Assembly (NCBI GenBank): GCA_002387325.1
Contig: DGIN01000005.1
Location: 1 to 57,727 of the forward strand
From: Bacteroidales bacterium UBA4621
Lineage (GTDB): Bacteria > Bacteroidota > Bacteroidia > Bacteroidales > Paludibacteraceae
DNA length: 57,727 bases
Direction of reading: 5' to 3'
Of the stretch, positions 33,894 to 42,047 are shown piece after piece. Each line of letters starts with the position of its first letter. Within the stretch, counting starts at the first letter, position 1. The notes beneath the pieces are model-generated. The model was not told the origin of the DNA, ran no database searches, and saw only the letters and a program-made list of their open reading frames with translations. Both the position numbers and the translations under genes were made by a program.

Positions 33894-35169
33894 TTTTCCA
33901 TTTGAGTGTCATATAGCCCACTCGTGCTACCAGATGGGCGAAATAGCCGACATACAGGGCTTGTGCGCCGCCCCATCGGCAAGTCAGTCCGTAGCCGAAC
34001 ACAAAGGCTGTTGCAGCAAAAATCATACCATTGCGAATCTCTTTCCCCGCTGCGGCACCTACAAAAATACCATCCCACATAAATGCCAGTGCCGAAACCA
34101 CCGGCATTGCTATCAACCAGCCCATATAAGGGACTATGCCTGACAAAACAGACACCTCATCAGTAAGCCATCCAATGCACTCTCCGCCCGCCATCCAATA
34201 GAACAACGAGAACGCCCCGCCGATGCCGATTGCCCACGCAAACAGTATGCGAATGGCATTGTTAAGGGGTGCATGTTGTTTTTCGCCGACAAACCGTCCG
34301 ACCAATGCTTCGCCTGCATACGCAAATCCGTCTATGAAATAGGAGAATAGCATAAAGAGTTTCATCATAATGGACGATACCGCCAGTTCGGTATCGCCGT
34401 AGCGGGAAGCCAAGGCGGTGAATCCGACATAGACCACCATAAAACAGATCGATCGGACAAACAGGTTGCCGTTAAGTACCAGCAAGCGGCGCATAGAGCG
34501 GAAGTCTGTCAGTCTGTGCCAAATGGCAGTGCCTTGCAGTATCGTGCGGTATTTGGCAGTCACAATAACAACCGAAAGCAGCCCCCCTGAGTATTGGGCG
34601 ATAAGCGTACCATACGCCACGCCGACCGCCCCGAGAGGAGTATAGACAGCAAGCCGATAACTGACCACGATATTCACTACATTGACCAGAATATCGGTTG
34701 CCATAGGGCTGACAGTGTCCTGCATGCCAATAAACCAACCTTTGAGAGCCATCAAACAAAGTGTAGCGGGTGCTGCCCATATACGCACAAAGAAATACCT
34801 GCGTGCAAACTCTGCCACTTCCGTTGAGCAAGGCACACATGCCAAAACGGCAGTAACAAACAGCCATTGTACCGCCCATACGAACAGAGCACCCACGATG
34901 GCGATAGCGATACTCTGCGTAAAAAGGCGGCTGCACTCCGCCATATCCTTTCGTCCGAATGCCTGCGCAGTCAATCCGGACGTACCAATCCGCAGAAAAC
35001 CGAAATTCCAATAGAGCAAGTCGAAAAGCATTGTGCCGATAGCAATACCGCCAATGGCAGACGCATCGGATATATGCCCCACAATAGCCGTGTCCACCAA
35101 TCCGACCAGCGGAATGGTGATATTCGCCAATATACTCGGCAAGGCAAGATGGAGAATGCGGCGGTTCAA
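33841..35169 (-). CDS. MATE-family efflux transporter (DinF-like)
   Basis: 442 aa, ~12 TM. 'ILHLALPSILANITIPLVGLVDTAIVGH' is a typical MATE N-terminus. The start is TTG, the last 3 nt of a TTAATTG repeat unit. Confidence 0.88.
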   Translation of the reverse strand: MNRRILHLALPSILANITIPLVGLVDTAIVGHISDASAIGGIAIGTMLFDLLYWNFGFLRIGTSGLTAQAFGRKDMAECSRLFTQSIAIAIVGALFVWAVQWLFVTAVLACVPCSTEVAEFARRYFFVRIWAAPATLCLMALKGWFIGMQDTVSPMATDILVNVVNIVVSYRLAVYTPLGAVGVAYGTLIAQYSGGLLSVVIVTAKYRTILQGTAIWHRLTDFRSMRRLLVLNGNLFVRSICFMVVYVGFTALASRYGDTELAVSSIMMKLFMLFSYFIDGFAYAGEALVGRFVGEKQHAPLNNAIRILFAWAIGIGGAFSLFYWMAGGECIGWLTDEVSVLSGIVPYMGWLIAMPVVSALAFMWDGIFVGAAAGKEIRNGMIFAATAFVFGYGLTCRWGGAQALYVGYFAHLVARVGYMTLKWKSVYDREIGKSQVESTQK

Positions 35170-35194
35170 TTAACAATTAAAAATTAACAATTAA
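35167..35194 (-). repeat. TTAATTG heptamer x4 (gene-sense on minus strand), abutting/overlapping the MATE start codon
   Basis: Plus strand caattaa x2, aaattaa, caattaa at 35167, 35174, 35181 and 35188. Confidence 0.95.
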
Positions 35195-35217
35195 TATGCA
35201 GAGTGAGATATGTTTTC

Positions 35218-35258
35218 AATACAATGCTCTGCCTGCAAAACAGACAGAGCATTGTATT
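35218..35258. repeat. perfect 14-bp inverted repeat (aatacaatgctctg / cagagcattgtatt), 13-nt loop, downstream of the MFS gene
   Basis: Read directly. There is no U-tract on either strand, so it may be a terminator or processing hairpin. Confidence 0.6.
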
Positions 35259-35284
35259 CTTTGTTCTTCGTTCCTTGTTCTTTG
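35257..35284 (-). repeat. CAAAGAA-type heptamer array x4, starting 6 nt after the MFS stop codon (gene-sense)
   Basis: Plus strand ttctttg, ttcttcg, ttccttg, ttctttg. Confidence 0.9.
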
Positions 35285-35290
35285 TCTTGC

Positions 35291-36637
35291 TTATTTCTTT
35301 TCCCTGATCAGCAAGACCGAAACGGCACCCAAGAACAGGAGTACACCTGCGATGACCAACATACCGACCTGCATATCGCGGCAGATGCCATTCAGCAGCA
35401 CACCTCCCAGCAAGGCAGCCACTATCTGCGGAAGACAGATGGTACAATTGAACAAACCGAGCAATGTCCCCATACGCTTGCTGCCCTCGATAGCGTTGGT
35501 AAACAGCGTAAACGGCAAAGCCAACATTGCCGCCCACGCCGTACCTATAACGGCATAACAGAGCAACAGCACATATTGATTATGCACCCAACAGGTGGAG
35601 GCGAAACCGATACCGCCAATCACAAGCGACAGGATATATGCGCCTTTGTTACCGATTCTGTGTTCTACAGCTGGCAGCAGCGAAGCCCAAACCAACGACC
35701 CCACCGCTTGTACGGCAAAGCATACACCGACCCAGTTGCCGGCATTCTGGAATGCCTCTTCGGCGGTGTTCAAGCCGTCCCAACCAAAGCATTGGGTAGC
35801 AATCGCGCCGTTGGAGTATGTCCACATATACATAAACGCCGCCCAGCAGAAAAACTGCACCAAACCGATAGTAACGAAAGCACTGACAATGCGTTTGTTA
35901 TCTGCGGCATCATCCGTCGCAGCAGTCTCGTCTTTCTTTTTATTCAGCCCGTGGAACTCGGCATACTCCTGCGGATTCATTTCCTTAACGGCAAAGAACG
36001 TATATAGTACGCATAGAATCAGGATAGCGGCTCCCACATAGAAGGACCACTTGACAGAATCGGGGATAACCCCATCGGGTGCGGTATTGGCAAGTCCAAT
36101 CCACGTAAAGAATATCGGGAAAAGATAGCCGACCAGCGAGCCTGCATTGCAGAGTGCCGACTGGATGGCATAAGCAGTACCTTTCTGCTCCTCGTTGACC
36201 ATATCGCCCACCATCATCTTAAACGGCTGCATGGCGATATTGATGGACGTATCTAGAAACATCAACGAGAAAAGCCCGAACCACATAGCGGCATTCAATC
36301 CGAGGAACAGCCCCTGCCGGAACGTGAAATCCCCCGCATTGGGAAGCAAAACCATTACTGCCACGGCAATGATAGCACCGATAAGCAAATAGAATTTACG
36401 GCGTCCGAAGACCGGACCGAACCAAGTCTTGTCCGATAGCAGCCCAATCAACGGTTGCACAATCATACCCATCAGCGGAGGCAGTATCCAAAAGAAACTG
36501 AGAGTGTGCGGGTCTGCACCGAGCGTGGCAAAAATACGGGATATATTGGCACTTTGCAAGGCATACGCAATCTGCACGCCAAAGAAGCCGAAACTTAGAT
36601 TAAAGAGTTGTCCGAAAGACAAATTACGTTTTTCCAT
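35291..36637 (-). CDS. MFS transporter (GPH/SLC45-like sugar:cation symporter)
   Basis: 448 aa, 12 TM. N-terminus 'LSFGQLFNLSFGFFGVQIAYALQSANISRIF' and 'LSDKTWFGPVFGRRKFYLLIG' resemble SLC45/GPH-type MFS proteins. Substrate unknown. Confidence 0.75.
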   Translation of the reverse strand: MEKRNLSFGQLFNLSFGFFGVQIAYALQSANISRIFATLGADPHTLSFFWILPPLMGMIVQPLIGLLSDKTWFGPVFGRRKFYLLIGAIIAVAVMVLLPNAGDFTFRQGLFLGLNAAMWFGLFSLMFLDTSINIAMQPFKMMVGDMVNEEQKGTAYAIQSALCNAGSLVGYLFPIFFTWIGLANTAPDGVIPDSVKWSFYVGAAILILCVLYTFFAVKEMNPQEYAEFHGLNKKKDETAATDDAADNKRIVSAFVTIGLVQFFCWAAFMYMWTYSNGAIATQCFGWDGLNTAEEAFQNAGNWVGVCFAVQAVGSLVWASLLPAVEHRIGNKGAYILSLVIGGIGFASTCWVHNQYVLLLCYAVIGTAWAAMLALPFTLFTNAIEGSKRMGTLLGLFNCTICLPQIVAALLGGVLLNGICRDMQVGMLVIAGVLLFLGAVSVLLIREKK

Positions 36638-36674
36638 TTGTGTTCTCTGATATTGATATTTGTTTAACTAAAGG

Positions 36675-36706
36675 CAAAAGTACTGCTTTTTTCCGAGCCG
36701 CACAAG
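36675..36706 (-). promoter_or_regulatory. putative promoter for MFS gene
   Basis: Minus strand TACTTTTG (36682..36675). Partial -33 CTTG (36706..36703), 20-nt spacer. Confidence 0.45.
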
Positions 36707-36732
36707 TTTTTTCTCTTTTTTCAAATAAAAAG

Positions 36733-36763
36733 TTTGCAGAACAAAAAAAAATGACTACCTTTG
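36733..36763 (+). promoter_or_regulatory. putative promoter for recQ
   Basis: TTTG (36733-36736), 19-nt spacer, TACCTTTG (36756-36763). About 100 nt upstream of the ATG. Confidence 0.5.
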
Positions 36764-36861
36764 CACTATAAATATCAGCCTTATCGGGGGGGGTAAAAAG
36801 CGGATAAATCCCAATAACCGGCAGCCGAAAATTATACACCTTATATATTTATATATAATAG

Positions 36862-39045
36862 ATGAACGTAACACACGAACAGTTGACCGAAGCACTGCAA
36901 CGCTACTTCGGTTTTGACAGTTTCAAAGGTAATCAGGAAGCCATCATACGCAATGTGATGGAGGGGCATGACACATTTGTACTGATGCCTACCGGTGGTG
37001 GCAAGAGTCTGTGCTACCAGTTGCCTTCGTTGATTATGGATGGTGTGGCAATAGTTATTTCGCCATTGATAGCATTGATGAAAAACCAAGTGGATGCTAT
37101 GCGCAACTACTCGGACGAACAAGGCGTTGCCCATTTCATCAACTCTTCACTCTCGCGTCCGGAAATCAATGCCGTCAAGGAAGATGTGATTGCGGGCAAG
37201 ACCAAACTGCTCTATTTAGCCCCAGAGAGCCTGCAAAAAGCGGAGAACGTGGACTTTCTGAAGAGTGTAAAAATCTCATTCTATGCGGTGGACGAGGCAC
37301 ATTGTATCTCGGAGTGGGGGCATGATTTCCGCCCCGAATACAGCCACATCCGTTCTATGGTACAGCGTATCGGCAAGGCCCCCATCATAGCCCTGACCGC
37401 TACGGCAACGCCCAAGGTGCAGAAAGACATACAGAAAAATCTCGGTATGCCCGATGCTACCGTTTTCAAGAGTTCGTTCAACCGTCCGAACCTTTACTAT
37501 GAAGTACGCCCCAAGACCAAAGATATAAACCGTGAGATTATCAAATATGTGCGTTCCATGGAGGGGAAATCGGGTATTATCTATTGTCTGGCGCGTAAAG
37601 AAGTGGAAGAGTTGGCGCAAACATTAACCGTCAACGGTATCTCGGCACGCCCCTACCATGCCGGTATGGACGCAGCCACCCGTAGCGCCACACAGGATGC
37701 GTTCCTTATGGAAGAATGCCAGGTGATTGTGGCAACCATCGCTTTCGGTATGGGTATTGACAAACCCGATGTACGTTTTGTTATCCACTATAATGTACCC
37801 AAATCGCTCGAAGGCTACTATCAGGAAACCGGTCGCGCCGGACGAGACGGCGGTGAAGGACAATGTATCTGTTTCTATTCGCCCGATGATATTGAGCGTT
37901 TGCGCCGTTTCCAACAGGGAAAACCCGTCAAAGAGATAGAGATCGGCAATCAGTTGCTGTTTGAGACACAGTCGTACGCCGAATCGACCATCTGCCGTCG
38001 CAAACTGCTGCTGCACTATTTCGGTGAAGAGTACGACCAGGACAACTGTGGCAACTGCGACAACTGCAAGAAAACCTATCGTATGATGGATGCGCACGAG
38101 TTGCTCAGTCTCACACTCGAGACCATTCAGCAACTCAACGAGAAATTCAAAGCCGATCATATCGTGGATATTCTCCACGGCAACAATACCGCTGATATTC
38201 AGAGTTACAAGCATACCGAGTTGGAAAACTACGGTGCTGCTTCCGATGTGGACGAATCAACGCTCTATGCCATTATCCGTCAGGCGATGCTCAGCGGGTA
38301 CATCAATAAAGACATTGACTCATACGGAGACCTGAAAATCACCTCCGATGGCAAGAAATATATCCGCCGCCCGACCAAGTTTGAAGTACCCATTGAGGTA
38401 CACGATGAAGAGAACGAAGAGATGGGGAGTAGTTCCGTTGCCTGTGCTGCTGCCGATGATGTGCTGTTCTCCATACTGAAAGACGTGCGCAAGAAATTGT
38501 CGAAGAAATGCGATGTGCCGCCATTTGTCATCTTCCAAGACCCGTCTCTGGAAGCAATGGCGACCACCTACCCCATCACGATAGAAGAACTGATGACCAT
38601 ACCGGGTGTGGGCGTGAGCAAAGCAAAACGCTATGGCGATGAGTTTCTGCGCGTCATCAAGGAGTATGTGGAAGAAAACGAGATTATACGCCCCGAAGAC
38701 CTGCGCATACGTACCGTAGCCAAAAAATCAACCCGCAAAAAACAAATCATTGCGGCTATCGACCGCCGTGTGGATCTTGACGACCTTGCAGAGTCCAACG
38801 GGATGTCGATGGAGGAGATGCTTGACGAGTTGGAAGCGATTGTTTTCTCCGGCACAAAGGTAAATATCAACTATTTCATCGAGGAGGTATTAGACCCGGA
38901 CGAGGAAGAGGAGATATACGACTACTTCAAGAATGCCGAGAGCGATGACATCAAAACGGCTATGGATGAATTGGGAGAAGACTATTATGATGTCATACAT
39001 GTACGTCTTGTACGTATCAAATTCCACTGCGACCTCGGAAACTAA
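36862..39045 (+). CDS. recQ: ATP-dependent DNA helicase RecQ
   Basis: 727 aa. 'MPTGGGKSLCYQLP', 'AVDEAHCISEWGHDFRPEY', 'ATIAFGMGIDKPDVRFVIH', 'YYQETGRAGRDG', a Zn cluster 'C..(x)..CGNCDNC' and an HRDC-like C-terminus. Confidence 0.95.
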   Translation: MNVTHEQLTEALQRYFGFDSFKGNQEAIIRNVMEGHDTFVLMPTGGGKSLCYQLPSLIMDGVAIVISPLIALMKNQVDAMRNYSDEQGVAHFINSSLSRPEINAVKEDVIAGKTKLLYLAPESLQKAENVDFLKSVKISFYAVDEAHCISEWGHDFRPEYSHIRSMVQRIGKAPIIALTATATPKVQKDIQKNLGMPDATVFKSSFNRPNLYYEVRPKTKDINREIIKYVRSMEGKSGIIYCLARKEVEELAQTLTVNGISARPYHAGMDAATRSATQDAFLMEECQVIVATIAFGMGIDKPDVRFVIHYNVPKSLEGYYQETGRAGRDGGEGQCICFYSPDDIERLRRFQQGKPVKEIEIGNQLLFETQSYAESTICRRKLLLHYFGEEYDQDNCGNCDNCKKTYRMMDAHELLSLTLETIQQLNEKFKADHIVDILHGNNTADIQSYKHTELENYGAASDVDESTLYAIIRQAMLSGYINKDIDSYGDLKITSDGKKYIRRPTKFEVPIEVHDEENEEMGSSSVACAAADDVLFSILKDVRKKLSKKCDVPPFVIFQDPSLEAMATTYPITIEELMTIPGVGVSKAKRYGDEFLRVIKEYVEENEIIRPEDLRIRTVAKKSTRKKQIIAAIDRRVDLDDLAESNGMSMEEMLDELEAIVFSGTKVNINYFIEEVLDPDEEEEIYDYFKNAESDDIKTAMDELGEDYYDVIHVRLVRIKFHCDLGN

Positions 39046-39300
39046 ATGATTAGGAATGAAAAATTATGAATTAAGAATTATTATGTATGTCCGGTTCATT
39101 CATAATTCATAATTATCCTATCCACAGGGTAAGATCAGGGAAAGCACAGGGAAAATCAAGCATCTCTTGCGGGTACATTTCAGGGAGAAAAGCAAGGTGG
39201 ATATAAGGTGGATGTAAGGTGGATGTAAGGTGGATAAGCCTACCCTAATCACCCCGAAAAACAGAACATACTGCGTATGTTAATTATTAATTGTTAATTG
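39046..39300. repeat. composite intergenic module: GAATNAN heptamers (39054-39081), CAGGG-type 11-mers x3 (39123-39155), AAGGTGGATNT x4 (39194-39237), TTAATT(A/G) x3 (39280-39300)
   Basis: Read directly. The block order matches 48615-48755. Confidence 0.9.
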
Positions 39301-40626
39301 AACGACTTGCATAAAAACGAAATAGATATTATCACTTTGGGCTGCTCCAAAAATCTTGTGGATGCCGAGCGACTGATGCACCAATTGGAATTGGCAGGCT
39401 ATCGTTGTGTACACGATGCGGAAGACCCGAAAGGTGAGATTGCCGTTATCAACACCTGCGGATTTATCGGTGATGCCAAAGAGGAGAGTATCAATACCAT
39501 TCTCCAATTTGCCGACCGCAAGACGCACCGCAAACTGCGCCAACTGTACGTAATGGGCTGCTTGAGCGAGCGCTACCTGCACGAATTGGAAACCGAAATC
39601 CCCGAGGTGGACAAATGGTACGGCAAGTTCGATTTTATGCACTTGATAGACGACCTCAAAGCGCAATCCAAGAGCGACAACGGGTGTGGCTACAAACGTA
39701 CACTTACCACGCCGAAACACTATACCTACATCAAGATTTCGGAGGGGTGCAACCGTTTCTGCTCCTATTGCGCCATTCCGCTTATCACAGGCAGACACAC
39801 TTCGCGCCCGATAGAAGAGATACTCGAAGAGGTACAATGGCTTGTAGGTCAGGGAGTAAAAGAATTTAACGTCATTGCACAAGACCTGTCGAGTTACGGA
39901 CTTGACCTCTACAAGGAGCACCGTCTCCCCGAACTGATAGACCGGATGGCGCAGATAGACGGTGTACATTGGATTCGTCTCCACTATGCCTACCCCACCG
40001 ATTTTCCCGATGGTATCCTTGAAGTAATGGCAAAACACCCGAATGTATGCAAGTATCTTGACATTGCCTTGCAGCATTGCAGCGACCGTATGCTCAGTCT
40101 AATGCGCCGGCACATCACACGTGCGGAGCAAGATGCACTCCTCGCACGAATACGCACGGCAGTACCAAACATCTGCATTCGCACAACATTGCTTGTCGGA
40201 CACCCCGGCGAAACAGAAGAAGATTTCGAAGAACTGAAACAATGGGTGCAGGAGATGCGCTTCGACCGTATGGGAGCCTTTGCCTACTCCGATGAAGAAG
40301 GTACCTACGCCAACCTGCATTATAAAGACGATATTCCGCAAAAGGAGAAAGAGCGGCGTGTAGCAGAGATAATGGCAATACAACAGGAAATATCGGGCGA
40401 ACTGATGCAGCAAAAGACAGGCAAGACAATGGAAATAATCATTGATCGTGAAGACCCCGACTACTATATCGGACGCACACAATTCGATTCTCCGGAAGTG
40501 GATTGCGAAGTCTTGATTGACAAAAAACACATATTGCAAACAGGTAATTTTTATCCGATTAGGATTGTTCGTGCCGAAGAATTTGATTTGTACGGCACAC
40601 TCGGAACTGAAAAAGATTTATGCTGA
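39298..40626 (+). CDS. rimO: ribosomal protein S12 methylthiotransferase RimO
   Basis: 442 aa. 'IDIITLGCSKNLVD' (UPF0004), radical-SAM 'EGCNRFCSYCAIP' and a C-terminal TRAM domain. Non-ATG start (TTG at 39298, the last 3 nt of a TTAATTG unit, or TTG at 39307). Confidence 0.92.
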   Translation: MNDLHKNEIDIITLGCSKNLVDAERLMHQLELAGYRCVHDAEDPKGEIAVINTCGFIGDAKEESINTILQFADRKTHRKLRQLYVMGCLSERYLHELETEIPEVDKWYGKFDFMHLIDDLKAQSKSDNGCGYKRTLTTPKHYTYIKISEGCNRFCSYCAIPLITGRHTSRPIEEILEEVQWLVGQGVKEFNVIAQDLSSYGLDLYKEHRLPELIDRMAQIDGVHWIRLHYAYPTDFPDGILEVMAKHPNVCKYLDIALQHCSDRMLSLMRRHITRAEQDALLARIRTAVPNICIRTTLLVGHPGETEEDFEELKQWVQEMRFDRMGAFAYSDEEGTYANLHYKDDIPQKEKERRVAEIMAIQQEISGELMQQKTGKTMEIIIDREDPDYYIGRTQFDSPEVDCEVLIDKKHILQTGNFYPIRIVRAEEFDLYGTLGTEKDLC

Positions 40627-40898
40627 CAAAAGACTTGATAAATAATATAGCAGAGACTACGGGAATGACCAAAAGACGTGTAGAGGAACTGCTCAACGCC
40701 ACCAATGCAGCAGTGCGGGACGCATTGTTGGAGGGAAAATCCGTATCCCTACAAGGTCTCGGCACTTTGGAAATCAAACAAAAAGACGAACGCACTTTTG
40801 TCCACCCCCGTACCGGTGAGAAAAGCATTGTGTCTGCCAAAAACCAACTCTGCTTCAAGCCCGCCGCCAACATCAAAGACGAACTGAAAAACCTCTAA
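40620..40898 (+). CDS. hup: HU-family DNA-binding protein
   Basis: 92 aa. 'LQGLGTLEIKQKDERTFVHPRTGEK' is an HU arm motif. Overlaps the rimO 3' end by 7 nt. Confidence 0.88.
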   Translation: MLTKDLINNIAETTGMTKRRVEELLNATNAAVRDALLEGKSVSLQGLGTLEIKQKDERTFVHPRTGEKSIVSAKNQLCFKPAANIKDELKNL

Positions 40899-40901
40899 AC
40901 C

Positions 40902-42047
40902 ATGGCAGACAAACTGAGTAGTACAGACCTACGTCGTGCCGTCATGGTACGTACCGGTGCCTCCGAAAAAGAGGTTGCCTTGTTTCATACTGCCCTCAGA
41001 GAGCAGATACTGGCAGCGATGCAGACTGACAAGCAAGTTAAAATAAACGGGTTAGGTACATTCCGTCTGCAAGCCGTCGCCCCCCGCAAAAGTGTGAACA
41101 TCGCCACCGGACAAAGCATTACGATTGAAGGTTACAACAAACTGACTTTTGCTCCGGAAATCAGTATCAAAGAATTGGTCAACAACAATCCGTTGAAAAC
41201 AGATGTCTCTACTGCCACAAAACCGCAGCCTGCAAACAAGCAAACGGATAACGAGTTCGACCCGTTGAAAAAACTCGGCGAACAAGCAGATGAAATAGTG
41301 GATATTTTAGCCTCTCTCGGACAAGGTCCGAAAGCGCAAAGCGAAGAACCTAACTGCGCCCCCACTCCCCCAATCCCCCTCAATGAAGGGGAGGTGCAGG
41401 AAACGGTATCTCCAAAAGAGCCGGTTACTCCGCAAGAGGTACCTGCTCCCAAGGAAACGCCCATTGAACCGATAGAAATAGAGCCCGTTTCTCCTACTCC
41501 CAAAAAAGAAGAGGAAAAACCGCAAACGACCTCCAAGCCAAAGAAGAAATATCATTTTCTGCGCGATACTCTGATTTGTGTCTGCTGTTTGCTGCTGGTA
41601 TTAGCCGGCGGATATATATTTCTGCGTGAGATTTTCAGCCAATGGGTGGATTCGCTCCGTGAACAACCTGCCGGACAAATAACGGCAATCGCTCCTATAG
41701 ATTCTATAGAAACAAAAGACACTATAACCATAGATACTGTTGAAACTATCCGCACTGTGCCGGAGACTACGCCTACGGCATACACAGAATTTATCGCCAC
41801 AGAGCGTGTGCGAAACGGGAGCCGTCTCGCCCAAATTGCCCGCCGCCATTACGGCGAAGACAAGATGGATCTGTGGGTCTATATCTATGATGCCAACAAG
41901 GATATTATCGGCAATCCCAATGAAATCAAAGTAGGAACGGAACTGCGTGTTCCCCACCTGACGGAACAGCAAATGGATTTGACCAATCCCGAGACACAGG
42001 CACAGATAGAGCAACTCAAAGCGCAAATAGAAGCACTCGGCAAGTGA
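40902..42047 (+). CDS. HU-like (HU-CCDC81-type) domain protein with Pro-rich linker, one TM helix and C-terminal LysM-like domain
   Basis: 381 aa. aa 1-95 are HU-like ('INGLGTFRLQAVAPRKSVNIATGQSITIEGY'). aa 100-215 are P/E/K-rich. TM helix 'LICVCCLLLVLAGGYIFL' (aa ~221-241). aa ~297-352 'RVRNGSRLAQIARRHYGEDKMDLWVYIYDANKDIIGNPNEIKVGTELRVP' are LysM-like. Confidence 0.75.
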   Translation: MADKLSSTDLRRAVMVRTGASEKEVALFHTALREQILAAMQTDKQVKINGLGTFRLQAVAPRKSVNIATGQSITIEGYNKLTFAPEISIKELVNNNPLKTDVSTATKPQPANKQTDNEFDPLKKLGEQADEIVDILASLGQGPKAQSEEPNCAPTPPIPLNEGEVQETVSPKEPVTPQEVPAPKETPIEPIEIEPVSPTPKKEEEKPQTTSKPKKKYHFLRDTLICVCCLLLVLAGGYIFLREIFSQWVDSLREQPAGQITAIAPIDSIETKDTITIDTVETIRTVPETTPTAYTEFIATERVRNGSRLAQIARRHYGEDKMDLWVYIYDANKDIIGNPNEIKVGTELRVPHLTEQQMDLTNPETQAQIEQLKAQIEALGK

